Positions 61,949-64,000 of a DNA stretch of 64,000 bases are shown one piece after another; the stretch's first letter is position 1; the number at the start of each line of letters is the position of its first letter. This DNA comes from the human T2T-CHM13v2.0 reference genome, Homo sapiens, in assembly GCF_009914755.1 (NCBI RefSeq), contig NC_060931.1. One strand, given 5' to 3'. Position numbers and translations under genes: made by a program. Below the pieces are notes generated by a model that searched no databases, was not told the origin of the DNA, and was given only the letters and a program-made list of their open reading frames with translations.

Positions 61949-64000
61949 GAGGCATACTTCCTTTTATTGCACCTTCCAAATATTGTGTTTTCAACAAATT
62001 CAAGGTTTGTGACAACCCTGCATCCAGTGAGTCTATGGGCATCATTTGTCCAACGGCACGGGCTCACTTTGTGTCCCTCTCTCATATTTTGGTAATTCTC
62101 ATAATATTTAAAATTTTCAGTATTATATCTGCTATGGTGATCTGTGAATAGTAATCCTTAATGTTACTATTATAATTGATCTGGAATGTCCTGAAGCACA
62201 CACACAGAAGATAGTGAACTTAAATGATAAATGTATGGGTTCTGACTGCCCCACTGGCTGGCTGTTTCTTCATCTCTATGCTTCTCCTCAGGCTTCCCTA
62301 TTCCCTGACACACGATAATATTGAAATTAAGCCAAGTAATAGCCCTATAATGACCTCTAGGTGTTCAAGTGAAGAAAAAGCCACAAGCCTCTCACTTGAC
62401 ATTAAAAGCTAAAAATAACTAGACTCAGTGAGAAGGCACAAATAAACCCAAGATAGTCCAAAAGCTAGGCTTCTTGCACCAAACAGTTAGCCAAGCTGTG
62501 AATGCAAAGGAAAAGTTTCTCACAGAAATTAAGTGTGCTACTCCAGTAAACAACAAATGATAACAAAGTGAAACAGCTTTACTGCTGATATGGAATAAAT
62601 ATTAATAATGTTAGAGGTCTGGATAGAAGATCAAACTAGCCACAACATTCCCTTAAGCCAAAGCCTAATCCAGAGCAAGGCCCTAATTCTCTTATATTTT
62701 ATGAAGGCTGAGAAAGGAAGCTACAGAAGAAAAGTGTGAAGCTATCAGAGGTTGATTTATGAGGCTTAAGAAAGGAAACCATCTTCATCATATAAAAGTG
62801 CAAGGTGAAGTAGCACATGCTTGCACTTCATAATATAAAGGTGCAAGGAGAAGCTGTAACAAGGTATCCAGAAGATCTAGCTAAGATCATTTATGAAGGT
62901 GGCTACACTAAACAACAGATTTTTCAATGTATATGAAACATCCTTCTATTAGAAGAAAATGCCATCTAGGACTTCCATAGCTAGAGAGGAGAAGTCAATG
63001 CTTAGCTTCAAAGCTTCAAAGTACAGGTCTTCTTGTTAGGGGCTAAATGCAGCTGGTGACTTTAAGTTGAAGCCAATGATCATTTATCATTCCAAAAATC
63101 ATTGGACCCTTAAGAATTACACTAAATCTACTCTGTCTATGCTCTATAAATGGAACAGCAAGCCTGGATGACAGCATATCTGTTTACGACATGCTTTACT
63201 AAATATTTTCAGTCAGCCTTGAGATCTACTGCTCAGAAAAGAGATTCTTTTCAAAATATTACTGCTCATTGAGAATGGACCTAGTCACCCAAGAGCTCTG
63301 ATAGAAATTTACAATGTTTTTATGCCTGCTAACACAAGAACCATTCTGCAGCCCATTGATAAAGGAGTCATTCTGACTTGCAAGTCTTATTATTTAAGAA
63401 ATACACTTTATAAGGCTAAAGCTGCCATAAATAGTGATCCCTCTGATGGATCTGGGCAAAGTAAATTGAAAACCTTCTAGAAAATATTCACTATTCTAGA
63501 TGCAATTAAGATCATTCATGATTCATGGGAGGAAGTCAAAATATCAACATGAACAGGAGTTAGGAAGAAGTTGATTCGAACTCTCATGGATGACTTTGAA
63601 AGGTTCAAGACTTCAGTGGAAGAAGTAACTGCAGATGTAGTGGAAATATCAAGAAAACTAGAAATAGAAGTGGAGGCTGAAGATGTGACTGGATTATTAG
63701 AATCACATGATAAAACCTGAATGGAGGAGGAATTGCTTCCTATGAATGAGCGAAGAAAGTGTTTTCTGAGATTGAAACTACTCCTGGTAAAGATGTTTTG
63801 AACATTGTTGAAATGACAACAAAAGATCTGGAATATTACGTAAAGTTAGTTGATAAAGCAGCAACAGGACTTGAGAGGATTAACTCCAATCTTAAAAGAA
63901 GTTCTACTCTGGGAAAAAATGCTATCAAAAAACATTGCATGCTACAGAGAAATCTTTCCTGGAAGAAAGAGTCAATCAATGCCGCAAACTTTATTATTGT
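61949..64000 (+). mobile_element. Tigger1, second copy (continues beyond the window)
   Basis: TA followed by the TIR gaggcatacttcc. Colinear with 1542-3890. Confidence 0.93.

Overview
Repeat-dense, AT-rich primate (hominoid, probably human) genomic DNA that looks intergenic or deep-intronic. Roughly two-thirds of the window is recognisable transposable-element sequence: L1s of many ages (several nested), two Tigger1 DNA transposons, MER1A and MER5, solo LTRs (MER50-like, LTR1-like, LTR40, THE1A, MLT1), six Alus, and MIR/L2 fragments. I can support no host protein-coding exon, RNA gene or CRISPR-like array. The only long ORF (938 aa) is the ORF2 remnant of a 5'-truncated L1PA2/3, broken by one nonsense codon. 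I found no credible novel biological system. The notable observations are mechanistic scars: two L1s inserted one after the other at the same target site, two 5'-inverted (twin-primed) L1s, a 93-bp templated copy taken from 2 kb away, small template-switch insertions in both Tigger1 copies, and recent tandem duplications. A few non-repeat islands rich in hairpins or palindromes are weak regulatory candidates. Subfamily names come from remembered consensus features and need Dfam/RepeatMasker confirmation.
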